A stretch of DNA of 64,000 nucleotides from an uncultured archaeon (lineage in GTDB: Archaea; Asgardarchaeota; Thorarchaeia; Thorarchaeales; Thorarchaeaceae): contig CAZSWP010000017.1 in NCBI GenBank assembly GCA_964610875.1, positions 4,940 through 68,939 of the forward strand. The letters run 5' to 3'. The position numbers and the translations under genes were made by a program. Positions 26,921 to 37,350 of this stretch are shown in pieces. The stretch's first letter is position 1. Each line of letters starts with the position of its first letter. Under the pieces are notes generated by a model. That model was not told where the DNA came from. It worked only from the letters and a program-made list of their open reading frames with translations, and did no database searches.

Positions 26921-28876
26921 TTAGCGGTTTGATTCTGTTAATATAAAGAATGTATCTGCACCAGGGAGATAGCTTCCCTTAAACAAACGACGTAGTAAGC
27001 ATATGAAAACAGAACGTTTCAAATCGATAGATTTTGCATGCTCAGTGACACGGAGTTGACCTTTCTCCATTCCTGTCTTCCTTAATTGGTCAACCCATTC
27101 AACAGTTACCACCACTCCACAAGCATCAATCAGGTATTGGCCATCTAACAGATTCGCCTCTAACTCAGATGCCAATACTGAATAGTCCATACCAAAAGCA
27201 TCAGCACGCATACCTACATCAAACACACCCCTTTGTTTTAACCTTGAACGCATGGCATCAACAAGAGCCTTTCTGCTCACAAGAACTCCTTTTGGGGTTC
27301 TAAGCGCGTTCCAACTCATTCTTGAGAGTATTCGTTGTATCTCTGTTAGATCGTAACCATGATGCTTTGAAAATGCAATAGGATTGAGTATCCCGTGTTT
27401 CTTGAATTCTTCAGATAACTCAGCACGAATAACATCGTATGGGATTAATGCCCCTTCCGAATTCATCATCGCTTCAGTTTCAATATCAGCTAGAATAGCC
27501 TCTGCTGTACCAATTTTAATGCCATAAGAGTCCATTAGACTTTGAGGATTTATTCTTTTACCAGATTCCAGTTGTGCGCGAGCATTTCTTCTAGCCCATG
27601 CCAATGAGAGATAGTCGCCATCTCTTGTTATGGTGGTACGCAGACCAAATCGTTTCATGAGAGAGAGTATGTCTAAATTGGATAGCCCCCACTTCTCTTC
27701 TGCTTCACGAATATTTACCAAACCATTTTCTCTCACAGTTTCTAAGAACCATTCTCGTAGTACGCGTAAAGAAATATAATGACCATTTGGATTCTTGCGA
27801 TATCTTTCATCATCTTTGACCAATCCGATAATTGTAGTTACAGGAACCTGGTACCTATCAGAAAAGACTTGGGGATCAATAATTCCAAGAAGCTCAATAT
27901 CATCATGAAACATGCGAGATATTTGAGACAGGGTCAGTATTGAATCATCTTCAGAGGTTATCACTCTATGTCCAGATTTTGCAAGCAATCGTAAAGCCTG
28001 TTCCTTTGTTATATGCAACTGTTCATTTAGTGTGACAGGAGAGATTAAACCATCCTCAATGAACTCGACCAATTTCTCTTCAACCAAGTGTTCAGGAACT
28101 AGATTCCCTTCTAGAGTTTTAACCAATTTCCAGTGAAGAGCAATGGCTATTTTTGTGATTTCTTGCTCTTGTATTTCAAGGCGGATTGTTTCATCAGCGG
28201 GAGAGAGATATCCTTTCTTCCTAATCTCACTCTCTAGAGACCATCGCACCCATCTTAGAGAGATTATTTTTCCATTTCTTGTTTCAAAGGCATTCCAGTT
28301 CCATGAACGAATTAATTCGAGCAATTCATCTTGCTCTACCTGAAGCCGTTGTGACTCAGTCAGTGTATCAATACGTCCCTGAAGCTGAAGTGTATCGCGT
28401 AGTTTCTCCTTGAGGTCTGGAACTAAGAGATATTCACCAGATTTTGTCCTCAGAACATCCAATTTCTCTTTCTGGCAGAGAGCTTCAACAATGTCTGCAA
28501 CTTTGTCCTCGGTGATACTCCAATTCATTGCTTCCTTACCTGGATTCAAAACATGGGAATTGACTAGTTGTTCCTTGAACTTTGTTTCCATGACAGGTAG
28601 TGAAAGGATTGTCATCCCACTAAATGAGAGAATAGCGTTTTCAGCAAGTTCAACAATTCCTAATACACTCTTTCTATCAAGGGGTTTCCGAGAGAGCTCC
28701 TGTGATGCAGTAACTACACTAATATTTGATTGAAAATCCAGAATCTGATTGAGTTTTGCAACACACTTCCTTTTGTTTTGAATACTCCAGTACGCGTATG
28801 CAACCAATGCCAGAATTGAGAGGCTTAATCCAATAAAGAGAGAAAAATAATCCTCATCTACAAAGGGCAATTGCAT
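26921..28876 (-). CDS. Membrane-anchored protein built from about 10 tandem 54-56-aa repeats (wHTH-like), function unknown
   Basis: Has an N-terminal TM helix (FSLFIGLSLSILALVAYAYW). After it, the anchor Gly recurs with a spacing of 54-56 residues (QGRID, KGYLS, DGLIS, LGIID, NGLVN, SGKRI, HGILN, RGVFD, KGQLR). It lies 20 nt downstream of the P-type ATPase gene. Confidence 0.6.
   Translation of the reverse strand: MQLPFVDEDYFSLFIGLSLSILALVAYAYWSIQNKRKCVAKLNQILDFQSNISVVTASQELSRKPLDRKSVLGIVELAENAILSFSGMTILSLPVMETKFKEQLVNSHVLNPGKEAMNWSITEDKVADIVEALCQKEKLDVLRTKSGEYLLVPDLKEKLRDTLQLQGRIDTLTESQRLQVEQDELLELIRSWNWNAFETRNGKIISLRWVRWSLESEIRKKGYLSPADETIRLEIQEQEITKIAIALHWKLVKTLEGNLVPEHLVEEKLVEFIEDGLISPVTLNEQLHITKEQALRLLAKSGHRVITSEDDSILTLSQISRMFHDDIELLGIIDPQVFSDRYQVPVTTIIGLVKDDERYRKNPNGHYISLRVLREWFLETVRENGLVNIREAEEKWGLSNLDILSLMKRFGLRTTITRDGDYLSLAWARRNARAQLESGKRINPQSLMDSYGIKIGTAEAILADIETEAMMNSEGALIPYDVIRAELSEEFKKHGILNPIAFSKHHGYDLTEIQRILSRMSWNALRTPKGVLVSRKALVDAMRSRLKQRGVFDVGMRADAFGMDYSVLASELEANLLDGQYLIDACGVVVTVEWVDQLRKTGMEKGQLRVTEHAKSIDLKRSVFICLLRRLFKGSYLPGADTFFILTESNR
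26924..28540 (-). repeat. Coding tandem repeat with a period of about 55 codons (about 165 nt), divergent copies
   Basis: I counted the spacing between conserved Gly anchors as 54, 55, 54, 55, 54, 54, 56, 55, 56 residues. Confidence 0.6.
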
Positions 28877-28896
28877 CGGTTGATATCACCAATTGT

Positions 28897-31827
28897 CTAG
28901 AGGAATATTCCTTTCTTCCTTAAGCTTCTCTTGTATATCTCCATTCCAAGAATCGCAGGTAATGAGGCAAGTATGCAAACTAACCAATCAAAGGCAGTTA
29001 GAGGAATAATGTAGAATTCCAGTCCCGCCGTTGCCAAGAACAGCTGTACCTCAGGAATATACATCAACAAAAGATGGGCAAGATAGATTAATCCAAGTAG
29101 AACAGCAAACCGTTCGATTCCAGGTTCACGAATTCCTTCATGAGCAGGAAGATTAATTCTTCGAATGATCAATACTAAGACGCTTTCAACAATTAGGATA
29201 ATTGTGAGAAGCATGGTTGTCGCTTTCATTATCTGAAGGTTCCATTGGTCTGGTACTGGTGAAGCATTGCTATAGAAACCTGCTAGATTCTCTGGAACAA
29301 TATCAAGAATGCCCATGAATCCAGTGAAAGCCATCCAGTACACAACAGCTGCACCAATCACCATCAATACAACATTTAGTCCCATCAACTTTGCTAGACC
29401 ACGCGTAATTAGGTCTTCACTGTCCCTAGGTTTCTCTTCCATAGCACGAGGTGATGTTTTATCGAACACCAACGCCAGACCAGGGAACGAATGTGTTGTG
29501 GCAACCAGATAGAGACTCTGCCAACTTGTGAGCATATTGAATCCTGCTGGTAGGAGAAATAGTGCTCCAAAGAATATGATGCTTTCAAACAGGTTGATAG
29601 CGATATAGAAATAGACCATCATACGTATCTTGTTGAAAAGCCCTCTTCCCTCTTGCACACCAGTAACAATAGAGGCAAATGAATCATCAGTGATTACCAG
29701 ATCTGCTGCTTCTTTGGCAACATCTGTTCCAGTGATGCCCATAGCGATACCTGCATCGCTCATTGCAAGGGCAAGAGCATCATTCACTCCATCACCAGTC
29801 ATCGCGACAACTTTTTTGTCATCCTGATAGCGTTCTACAATTATTTGCTTGTGTTCTGGGTTTACGCGTGCAAAGACATTTACATTTAGAAACGCTTCGT
29901 CAGTCAGTGCAGGGATGTCCTTTCCTTCGCACACCAGAGAATTCTCTTTGAAAATATTGAGATTTTCAGCGATGGTTTTTGCGGTTGCAGACGCATCACC
30001 AGTAATCATTATTACGTTTATTCCCGCACTATGACAAGCATCAACTGCTTCTCTGACACCATCACGTGCAGGGTCGACTATTGCGGCAAAACCGAGATAT
30101 GTCAAATGTCGTTCGGTTTGTTCCCGTGCATTTGGTCCTGATGGGACATAGTCCATTTCACGGTGAGCAAGAGAGATGACTCGATATCCACGTGCAGCAA
30201 ACTCACTACTCAGTCGCATGATTTCTTCACGGATAGAATCAGTCAGGGGTTCGTCGGTTCCCGCTGTTTCTACCATTGTGCACATAGGAACAAGGACTTC
30301 AGTTGCACCTTTTACGAATGCGATGTGTTTATCCCCATTCTTTGCAATCTTTGCCATTCTCTTAAATTCTGAATCGAATGGGAATTCTTCCACTATACTA
30401 TAATGGTCATCGACATTTAGTTGACTCTTGCGGTACAATGCAAGTAGGGCGGCGTCTGTAGGGTCACCCATTGGAATATACATTGAGCCTTGACCAGGAA
30501 TTATCTTCTCAACGATTTCAGAGTCGTTGTTGATTCCACCACAAATCAATAACTGTGCAAGACCCTGCGGCAGGTTATATTCATCCACCTTGAAGGAGTC
30601 TTCAAATGAGAGAGTATCGACTGATGAGAGGTCTTTGAGTTTTAGAATGTCACCACTGTGAGCATAACCAGCTCCAGTAACAGCAAAGATCTCCTCCGTG
30701 TCCCAGATAAATTTCACAGTCATTTCATTTCTGGTCATTGTTCCAGTTTTATCTGAACAGATCACACTGACTCTACCAAGACTTTCTACAGCTGAGAGGT
30801 CTCGAATGATTACACCCTTCTTGGCCATGGCTAGTACTCCCGTCAGCAACACGATAGTCGTAAGTAATGGAATATTGATGGGCATGATCGTCATGGCCTT
30901 GGTGATTCCTGCGGAAAGTGTATTGACTATGATTTCCAAATCCAAGATAATCGGATCACCTAAAAGCATTGGACCAAAGAAGAGAGCCCAAGTGATTGAT
31001 AGTACCATTAGAAATACTGCAGCAATTCCAAGATATTTTGCTAGAAGATTTACCTTCCTGCGTAGCGGGATATCCCCTGTATTTAACTGTTCAAGGGAAC
31101 CCTGTATTTTTCCAATCTCAGTTCCGCTGCCGGTTGTTGTGGCGACAATTCTTGCAGTGCCAGTTGAAACATAGGTTCCAAAAAAGACTGTATTGATCAT
31201 ATCAGTAAGCGGAACATCTGATTCTATAGTAGCATTAGCATCCTTTGTAACAGGAACACTCTCACCAGTCAGAGATGCTTCGTTAGCAGAGAAGTTTGAG
31301 CACGTGATAACTCGCGCATCAGCAGGGACTCTATCACCTTGGTCTAATTTGATTATATCTCCAGGAACGATTTTATCGGGTGTTACTTGAAGCTCATGTC
31401 CATTTCTAATTACTCGTACATCTCCCGCACTGAGTTTCTCAAGCGCTTCAAGTTTCTTTTGGGCACGAAACTGCTGGAAAATAGCAACTAGACAATTCAC
31501 AGCAACAATGGCCAACCAGAATAAAGCTTGATTCAACTGTGATTCGCTAAATGGAAATGCGTAAGCAATTATCACCAGCGCAAATGAGCTTAAAAGATAG
31601 ATATTGATCAACCAGTTTAAGATGGGAGCTAAGTAAACTTTCCAGAAGGATTCTTTTGCTTTTGGTATCATATTTGGACCATATTGATCCAGACGTGTAG
31701 AAGCATCTTCCATTGAAAGACCATTATCAATATCCGTTTCCAATTCGGATACAACTTTGCTAAGAGGTACAGCATGAAAATTGTTCTTCAACAGAGATTC
31801 GGATACGATGGTTTCTTGCGCCGGCAA
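28897..31827 (-). CDS. P-type cation-transporting ATPase (P2-type, Ca2+-ATPase-like)
   Basis: Carries CSDKTGTMT (phosphorylation site), TGES, MITGD, VAMTGDGVNDALALA and 8-10 TM helices. The start is TTG. Confidence 0.9.
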   Translation of the reverse strand: MPAQETIVSESLLKNNFHAVPLSKVVSELETDIDNGLSMEDASTRLDQYGPNMIPKAKESFWKVYLAPILNWLINIYLLSSFALVIIAYAFPFSESQLNQALFWLAIVAVNCLVAIFQQFRAQKKLEALEKLSAGDVRVIRNGHELQVTPDKIVPGDIIKLDQGDRVPADARVITCSNFSANEASLTGESVPVTKDANATIESDVPLTDMINTVFFGTYVSTGTARIVATTTGSGTEIGKIQGSLEQLNTGDIPLRRKVNLLAKYLGIAAVFLMVLSITWALFFGPMLLGDPIILDLEIIVNTLSAGITKAMTIMPINIPLLTTIVLLTGVLAMAKKGVIIRDLSAVESLGRVSVICSDKTGTMTRNEMTVKFIWDTEEIFAVTGAGYAHSGDILKLKDLSSVDTLSFEDSFKVDEYNLPQGLAQLLICGGINNDSEIVEKIIPGQGSMYIPMGDPTDAALLALYRKSQLNVDDHYSIVEEFPFDSEFKRMAKIAKNGDKHIAFVKGATEVLVPMCTMVETAGTDEPLTDSIREEIMRLSSEFAARGYRVISLAHREMDYVPSGPNAREQTERHLTYLGFAAIVDPARDGVREAVDACHSAGINVIMITGDASATAKTIAENLNIFKENSLVCEGKDIPALTDEAFLNVNVFARVNPEHKQIIVERYQDDKKVVAMTGDGVNDALALAMSDAGIAMGITGTDVAKEAADLVITDDSFASIVTGVQEGRGLFNKIRMMVYFYIAINLFESIIFFGALFLLPAGFNMLTSWQSLYLVATTHSFPGLALVFDKTSPRAMEEKPRDSEDLITRGLAKLMGLNVVLMVIGAAVVYWMAFTGFMGILDIVPENLAGFYSNASPVPDQWNLQIMKATTMLLTIILIVESVLVLIIRRINLPAHEGIREPGIERFAVLLGLIYLAHLLLMYIPEVQLFLATAGLEFYIIPLTAFDWLVCILASLPAILGMEIYKRSLRKKGIFL

Positions 31828-32132
31828 TTCAACAACCTCTTAACATGTACTTGCTTTGATAGCGTTACTACTGATAAATGAAATTGTGTGGAAGCCAGAT
31901 GCATTCGATTCTTGGCGTGTCACTTTTTTCATTCCTGCCTCATGCCATGGCTCTTGGTTCTATATTCATTAGCCCCATTGATATAACAGGCATGAATTAT
32001 ACTAGATTAAGCTTCCCCTTCCCCTTCCAATATGAAGGATTCTCTTATCAATATAAACCGCCTCAGTCGACAAGTTAAATTAGTTATATTCGAATCCTAT
32101 CATGCCGCGAGTAGAAACCGAGGTGTTTTACT

Positions 32133-34124
32133 ATGAGATATCAATATTGGGAAGCTGATTCTACATATCGTAGAACACCTTCCTCATCAAACCCTACAAA
32201 GAAAATAATTGCCGCACTTGTCATTATTATTTTGATGATTTCATCAGGCATTATTCTAATGATGCAGAATTACAATCCATTCACGCCGGGTACACCTACT
32301 GGTGAAGTGAAGGTTGCAGTTCTGGACTCTGGATTGGACATCGATTTCTCCATGCAAGGAAGAGTAGCAGAACAACAGAGCTTCATTTTACCAATGTATG
32401 GATATGAAGAAACCGATACTTCCACCACTGATTCGAATCCCAGTGATGGTGCAGGGAATAATGTAAAACATGGAACACTTGTGACTCAAGCAGTCCTACA
32501 GGAGAGTCAAAGCGCGATTATAGTTAATGCTAAAGTCATAGGCTCTGACGGTGTCGCTACTGCGCGGGGTATAGAAGCAGCCATATACTGGGCTATTGAG
32601 GTCAATTGTAGTATCATCAATTTGAGTGTGGGTTCAAGTCCAACATACGGAGACCCACTAGAAAGAGCAGTGGACTATGCATTCTCACAGGGAGTGGTTG
32701 TGGTTGCTGCTGCGGGAAATGAAGGAGGAGAAGGATTAGCTGGAACGAGCATTAGCTCACCTAGTCTTTTCAGAAATGCATTATCAGTTGCTGCTCTAGA
32801 TCAGAATGGTATTCCAGAGGGTTACTCGAGCACCGGGCCAATTGAATCACGATATATGAAACCAGACATAGCAGCACCAGGTTATGTTGAAACACCATCA
32901 GCAAGATACTTCGGAACAAGTTTTGCATCACCACGTGTTGCGGGTATTGCGGCAGATTTAATTAATTATCTAGACACAAATGGAATCAATCACACTCCAG
33001 GAATGATATATTCAGCACTCATGCTTGGAGCTGAGTCAATAGCAGCCGCAGAGTATGTTGTAGGAGCGGGTGAAGCTGACCTTCAAGGAGCAATAGACGT
33101 TCTTCAAACGGTAGGATATGAGAGAGGGTTTGCAGAGATTGCTTATGCTCACCCTAATAATTTGCCAATTGATTATGAACAACTCTTCTATGGAGATTTA
33201 TACTTCTTTGATATTACGATTTTCAATTCACAAGATACCACATATTCGGTATCCATTGAGAGCGAAACCCCCGAAATCTTTGATATTCCAATAACACTTC
33301 AGGTGAATCAAAGTGGAGTGTTACACATAGAACTAGAGGTTCCGGATTCTGGAACTGGTTCATTTGAATCAACCATATTACTTGAGGCGACATATCATTC
33401 CACATCGGTAGAGATTGATTTCTCAGCGGAAGTACCGGATGCAAGAATTGCTTTTGATACAAGTCATTCTGCGTGGTCTATAGATAGTATCTACGGGCAA
33501 TTCAGGGACTTCTATATAGAGCTTACAGACAACGATATCTCTGTGACAGAAATCAGAAATTCTTTATTACTAACATACTCATACCTAAGCGATTTTGATG
33601 CTGTGTTTATTTTAGATCCATGTTCATGGGACATTAACGAAACTATCCCTTCAAATCCCGAATGGTATTATATTCCATATACTCAGGCAGAGAAAGATGC
33701 CTACATTCAGTATTATAATTCGGGTGGCGGAATCTTCGTAGCTGGTCTCTCTAATGAAAGCATAAACATTGATGAAGTGAATAGCTTTCTTGATTGGACA
33801 GGAATCTCATTTGATCACGACACAGTTCCAGGTGATAAGAGCATCACACTTGTAACGAATCTATCACCCCATCCTGTGACATCAGGAATTCCAAACTTTG
33901 ATTATGCAGGAACAACCCTGAATCACAATGCGACTGCTGATGTTTTGGCAACATTGAACGGTGAACCTGTCTTGGTATCTATAGAAACCGCAGGTAGGAT
34001 AATTGTAACTGGAACCAATTTCTTCATTGACAATTGGGGTATTAATGGAATTGAACCTTACCAATCATCAAGCAATGCAATTCTCGGATTAAGGATAGCA
34101 TTATGGTTGGCTGATATGATATGA
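32133..34124 (+). CDS. Subtilisin-like serine protease (S8) with N-terminal TM anchor and a large C-terminal domain
   Basis: The catalytic triad blocks are VAVLDSGLD, HGTLVTQ and GTSFASPRVAG. The TM helix is IIAALVIIILMISSGIILM. A GAGGTG RBS is present. Confidence 0.85.
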   Translation: MRYQYWEADSTYRRTPSSSNPTKKIIAALVIIILMISSGIILMMQNYNPFTPGTPTGEVKVAVLDSGLDIDFSMQGRVAEQQSFILPMYGYEETDTSTTDSNPSDGAGNNVKHGTLVTQAVLQESQSAIIVNAKVIGSDGVATARGIEAAIYWAIEVNCSIINLSVGSSPTYGDPLERAVDYAFSQGVVVVAAAGNEGGEGLAGTSISSPSLFRNALSVAALDQNGIPEGYSSTGPIESRYMKPDIAAPGYVETPSARYFGTSFASPRVAGIAADLINYLDTNGINHTPGMIYSALMLGAESIAAAEYVVGAGEADLQGAIDVLQTVGYERGFAEIAYAHPNNLPIDYEQLFYGDLYFFDITIFNSQDTTYSVSIESETPEIFDIPITLQVNQSGVLHIELEVPDSGTGSFESTILLEATYHSTSVEIDFSAEVPDARIAFDTSHSAWSIDSIYGQFRDFYIELTDNDISVTEIRNSLLLTYSYLSDFDAVFILDPCSWDINETIPSNPEWYYIPYTQAEKDAYIQYYNSGGGIFVAGLSNESINIDEVNSFLDWTGISFDHDTVPGDKSITLVTNLSPHPVTSGIPNFDYAGTTLNHNATADVLATLNGEPVLVSIETAGRIIVTGTNFFIDNWGINGIEPYQSSSNAILGLRIALWLADMI

Positions 34125-34232
34125 GAGAGCCAAAGTGCTTCCAGATGCACATAGATTGCGGAGTCTTAGATGTTTAAAAGGGATGGATGTATAGAAATAG
34201 CTACCAAAAAACACCGAGTCGAAGTCGGATGT

Positions 34233-34280
34233 GCTGATGATTGGATTCAACTAGTCATCAGCTTTCCGCACTGTTTTTTT
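34233..34280 (+). terminator. Hairpin plus T7 run downstream of the protease gene
   Basis: GCTGATGA-14 nt-TCATCAGC is followed by TTTTTTT at 34274..34280. Confidence 0.35.
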
Positions 34281-34412
34281 CGTTTACAAATTTTCAACTC
34301 AAAATACTATGTTAATCATGTCTTCAATAATATCTTGAACTAGTGATACATATCATCACATTTACATAGCACTGGTGTACCCGCCGGCCGTAGCAAGGAG
34401 TCTGGTTGATAA

Positions 34413-35630
34413 TTGGCAAAAGTCACGAAAGCATCCTACGCGGTGCTTATTGCTTGTACTATTGCACATTTTATGAATCACGTTTACAGCGGTGCTTTAT
34501 CTCCTTTCATGCCACTAATCAGAGACGAGCTCTCCCTCAGCTTGACAGAAGTTGGGATGATCACTAGTGCAGTCATTGTTACAATGACATTAGCTCATTT
34601 CATAATCGGTTATCTAGGAGACCGTGGATGGCGGGACATCTTCATCTCGATTAGTGTATTATCAGCATCTATTGTCATGCTATTCGCAAGTTTTGCAACA
34701 AGTTTTCTCTTTCTTCTTGGAACACAGATAGCACTTGGATTAGGTGTTTCAGGATATCATCCTTCCTCATTTCCTGCAATTTCAGATAGGTTCCCAAAAC
34801 GAGAACGCGCAAAAGCTGTCGGTGTTAATGCTATGGGCGGTTTAGTAGGTATGGCTATGATTCCTGCAATGGGAGTAGCATTCCTCGTGTTACTAGGAGG
34901 TTGGCGTGAGTCTGTTCTTGCATTAGGTTTCCTTGGAGTTCTCTTCTTCATACCTACATTTGCTTTGATGAGATATTCAGGATCCCCAAGACATGCGATG
35001 GAAGAGAACACATCTGAAGTCTGTGAAGGAACAAATGAATGGACACGGAACTACTACATCGTGATTCTATATGCAATGTTGAGAGGTATACCATTTCGAT
35101 GTACAACACTACTCATGCCAATATATCTGGTAGACCAATATGGATACGAACCAGTTTGGGCAGGTTCATTGACCGCAGTTATGTTGGTTGCAGGACTAGC
35201 AGCAGAGATTATTTCAGCTCCAATCTCGGATAAATCAGGCAAAAGAGTCGCATTCATGGCTTTATCAATGGGTCTCTCAGTACCATTTTTCCTATTACTT
35301 AACTACTCTCTGAATCTACCCGCTCTCATTGCGGTTCTAATTGGAATAGGATTCCTATACTTTTTTGGTGTCCCACCTGGTCAAGCCTACGAAACGGAAG
35401 TGTGTCCTCAAAATGCCAAAGGGTTGGCATTTGGTGTATTGTTTTCACTAGGTGCAATTCCAGGAGCATTATCACCAATTGTTTTCGGTTATATTGGAGA
35501 TGTATACGGGTTAGAGGTATCAATCCTCTTCTTGGCTGTTGTATCACTCATAGGAACAATAGTGACTCTCTTCTTGAGAGATATAAAACCACAACAAGAC
35601 GAGATTTCTTTTTATCACAAAGAAGTTTGA
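34413..35630 (+). CDS. MFS transporter
   Basis: About 12 TM helices with MFS-like loops (GYLGDRGWR, SDRFPKRERAKAVG). The start is TTG, with AAGGAG upstream. Confidence 0.8.
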   Translation: MAKVTKASYAVLIACTIAHFMNHVYSGALSPFMPLIRDELSLSLTEVGMITSAVIVTMTLAHFIIGYLGDRGWRDIFISISVLSASIVMLFASFATSFLFLLGTQIALGLGVSGYHPSSFPAISDRFPKRERAKAVGVNAMGGLVGMAMIPAMGVAFLVLLGGWRESVLALGFLGVLFFIPTFALMRYSGSPRHAMEENTSEVCEGTNEWTRNYYIVILYAMLRGIPFRCTTLLMPIYLVDQYGYEPVWAGSLTAVMLVAGLAAEIISAPISDKSGKRVAFMALSMGLSVPFFLLLNYSLNLPALIAVLIGIGFLYFFGVPPGQAYETEVCPQNAKGLAFGVLFSLGAIPGALSPIVFGYIGDVYGLEVSILFLAVVSLIGTIVTLFLRDIKPQQDEISFYHKEV

Positions 35631-35703
35631 TTTTCTTCACGAATTGGTGTCAATGGTACATTAGGCAATCAGTTCAAACAAACTTGGAAGTGAAAAAGAA
35701 AAG

Positions 35704-35901
35704 TTGTCAGCCAAACCAACAAAGGTAGAAAATTTACAGATGTGGCATAAGGAATTCAAAACAGGCATTGGCGCACTGGCAAAAGCCAAGTTGATTACAG
35801 CAGATGAAAAGAAGGCGAAGCTCGCAGAGTACGATACAGCCTTCAAGGACCTAATCAAAGAAGAAAAGACTAAGATGAAGACTAAGGCCAAGAAGAAATA
35901 G
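35704..35901 (+). CDS. Small lysine-rich protein, hypothetical
   Basis: 65 aa, helical and basic (..KAKLITADEKKAKLAEYDTAFKDLIKEEKTKMKTKAKKK). A terminator-like hairpin follows it directly, whereas the antisense ORF looks like low-complexity junk. Confidence 0.4.
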   Translation: MSAKPTKVENLQMWHKEFKTGIGALAKAKLITADEKKAKLAEYDTAFKDLIKEEKTKMKTKAKKK

Positions 35902-35932
35902 GAGTATTCGTACTCCTACTTCTCCTTTTTTT
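35901..35932 (+). terminator. Hairpin plus T7 run
   Basis: GGAGTA-ttcg-TACTCC is followed by TTTTTTT at 35926..35932. Confidence 0.45.
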
Positions 35933-35992
35933 GGTAGTTCATGCATGTTACTATAGTCAAGCCTTTAACGTTCTCTTTTTTCCCTCGACTCA

Positions 35993-36826
35993 ATGCAAGA
36001 CTATCATATCCACCCCAATTATTCAATAGATGCAAAAGGCGAGCTTGACGAGTTTTGTGAAGCTGCACTGAAAGCAGGTCTTACAGAGATTGCATTCACT
36101 ACTCATCTAGATAGTGACCCAGCCACAAATGATAATGTCGTTTTAGTCGAAGGAAAATTAGTTGATGTGAAGTCAGACTATTGGCTACAACACTATGAGC
36201 AGTCCATTAGAGAGATTGGAGATGTATATGCTGAACAGGGCTTGATTGTCCTGCTCGGAGTCGAACTTGAACTCTATCCAGGTGTTGCTGGTAATCTGCC
36301 TGATTGTTTCTTTTCAACAGACTTCGACCTCATTCTAGGTTCAGCACACCTAATTGATCACTTGGCAATATCGGTAGAAAAGGAAGCAATGACCGTGTTC
36401 GCAAAGCATACAATGCAGGATTTAGGAGAGAAGTATTTCAATCTATTAATGGATGGGATTGATGAAGGACTCGTGGATATACTCGCACATATCGACCTTT
36501 ATAGAAGATATGGTGAACTCTTCTACGAGGAATGTATCAAAACACTCTGGGAACCGCATATTGAAGAGCTCACGAAAAGAATGAAAAAACGGGATGTGGG
36601 TTTTGAAATCAATACATCCACGTGGAGAAAAGGACAAGTAGAACCAATGCCATCACCGGAATTGGCATCAGTTCTGATTTCCAAAGGTATTGATAGGGTA
36701 ACAGTCGGTTCTGATGCCCATGAACCCAGCTTCGTTGGCTCAGGTATTGAGAGGGCTATCAAAATCTTACAGGAGATCGGCATCGCTAATCCGACCAGAA
36801 TGCGTCACCGTAAGAGAATCATTTGA
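35993..36826 (+). CDS. Histidinol-phosphatase, PHP family
   Basis: Carries MQDYHIHPNYSIDA, AFTTHLD, GSAHLI, LAHIDL and GSDAH. Confidence 0.8.
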   Translation: MQDYHIHPNYSIDAKGELDEFCEAALKAGLTEIAFTTHLDSDPATNDNVVLVEGKLVDVKSDYWLQHYEQSIREIGDVYAEQGLIVLLGVELELYPGVAGNLPDCFFSTDFDLILGSAHLIDHLAISVEKEAMTVFAKHTMQDLGEKYFNLLMDGIDEGLVDILAHIDLYRRYGELFYEECIKTLWEPHIEELTKRMKKRDVGFEINTSTWRKGQVEPMPSPELASVLISKGIDRVTVGSDAHEPSFVGSGIERAIKILQEIGIANPTRMRHRKRII

Positions 36827-36877
36827 CTTTATGAGAAGGAATACTGTGATAAGTAGGCTTGCATACTGATTTAGAGT

Positions 36878-37300
36878 ATGAATAATCGAACTCCCTTCCT
36901 ACTTTGTCTAATCGGTGGAATCCTATTGATTATCACTAGTATTGCAGGAAGCATTGGTTTCTTTGGAGATCTAATTGCTTATGCTGCTGCAGCATTTCCA
37001 GGTTTCGCAGGAATATTGGAATGGATATTAGTTATCCTGAGTTTCATAGCTGGACTTGGAGGTGTAGGTGTCATAGTTGGGGGTTTCTTGCTTACAAGAA
37101 ACCGTGTTGGAACTGGCAAATTTATCATTGGTATAGCAGCAGGGATGGGACTAATTGGTCTGATAATCAACCTAATACAGATTTTCCTAGTTGGAGGAGC
37201 TTTGGGTACTCTCAACATTGTTGCTTTGGGACTTCAGTCACCCGGATGGATTGGTGCGTTCATCACAATTCCAGCTCGAAGAATGGCTTCTGGTGAATAG
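36878..37300 (+). CDS. Membrane protein (4 TM), hypothetical
   Basis: Gly-rich hydrophobic helices run throughout the 140 aa. Confidence 0.55.
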   Translation: MNNRTPFLLCLIGGILLIITSIAGSIGFFGDLIAYAAAAFPGFAGILEWILVILSFIAGLGGVGVIVGGFLLTRNRVGTGKFIIGIAAGMGLIGLIINLIQIFLVGGALGTLNIVALGLQSPGWIGAFITIPARRMASGE

Positions 37301-37350
37301 TTACTTCACAATGCTTATTCCAGTTGTTTCAGAACCATAATACGGTAGAT

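Noticed and set aside
31878-32078. 66-aa ORF in the 300-bp gap between the ATPase and protease genes.
   Set aside because: It has no RBS and non-coding-like composition. The region is probably a divergent promoter.
34233-34262. Possible C/D-box sRNA, since TGATGA is present on both strands of the hairpin.
   Set aside because: No CTGA D or D' boxes occur at the appropriate spacing. The TGATGA is simply part of a perfect inverted repeat, so I treat it as a terminator-like hairpin.
35661-35891. 76-aa minus-strand ORF.
   Set aside because: It is antisense to the lysine-rich small ORF. The plus-strand ORF is followed by a hairpin and T7 terminator in the correct orientation.
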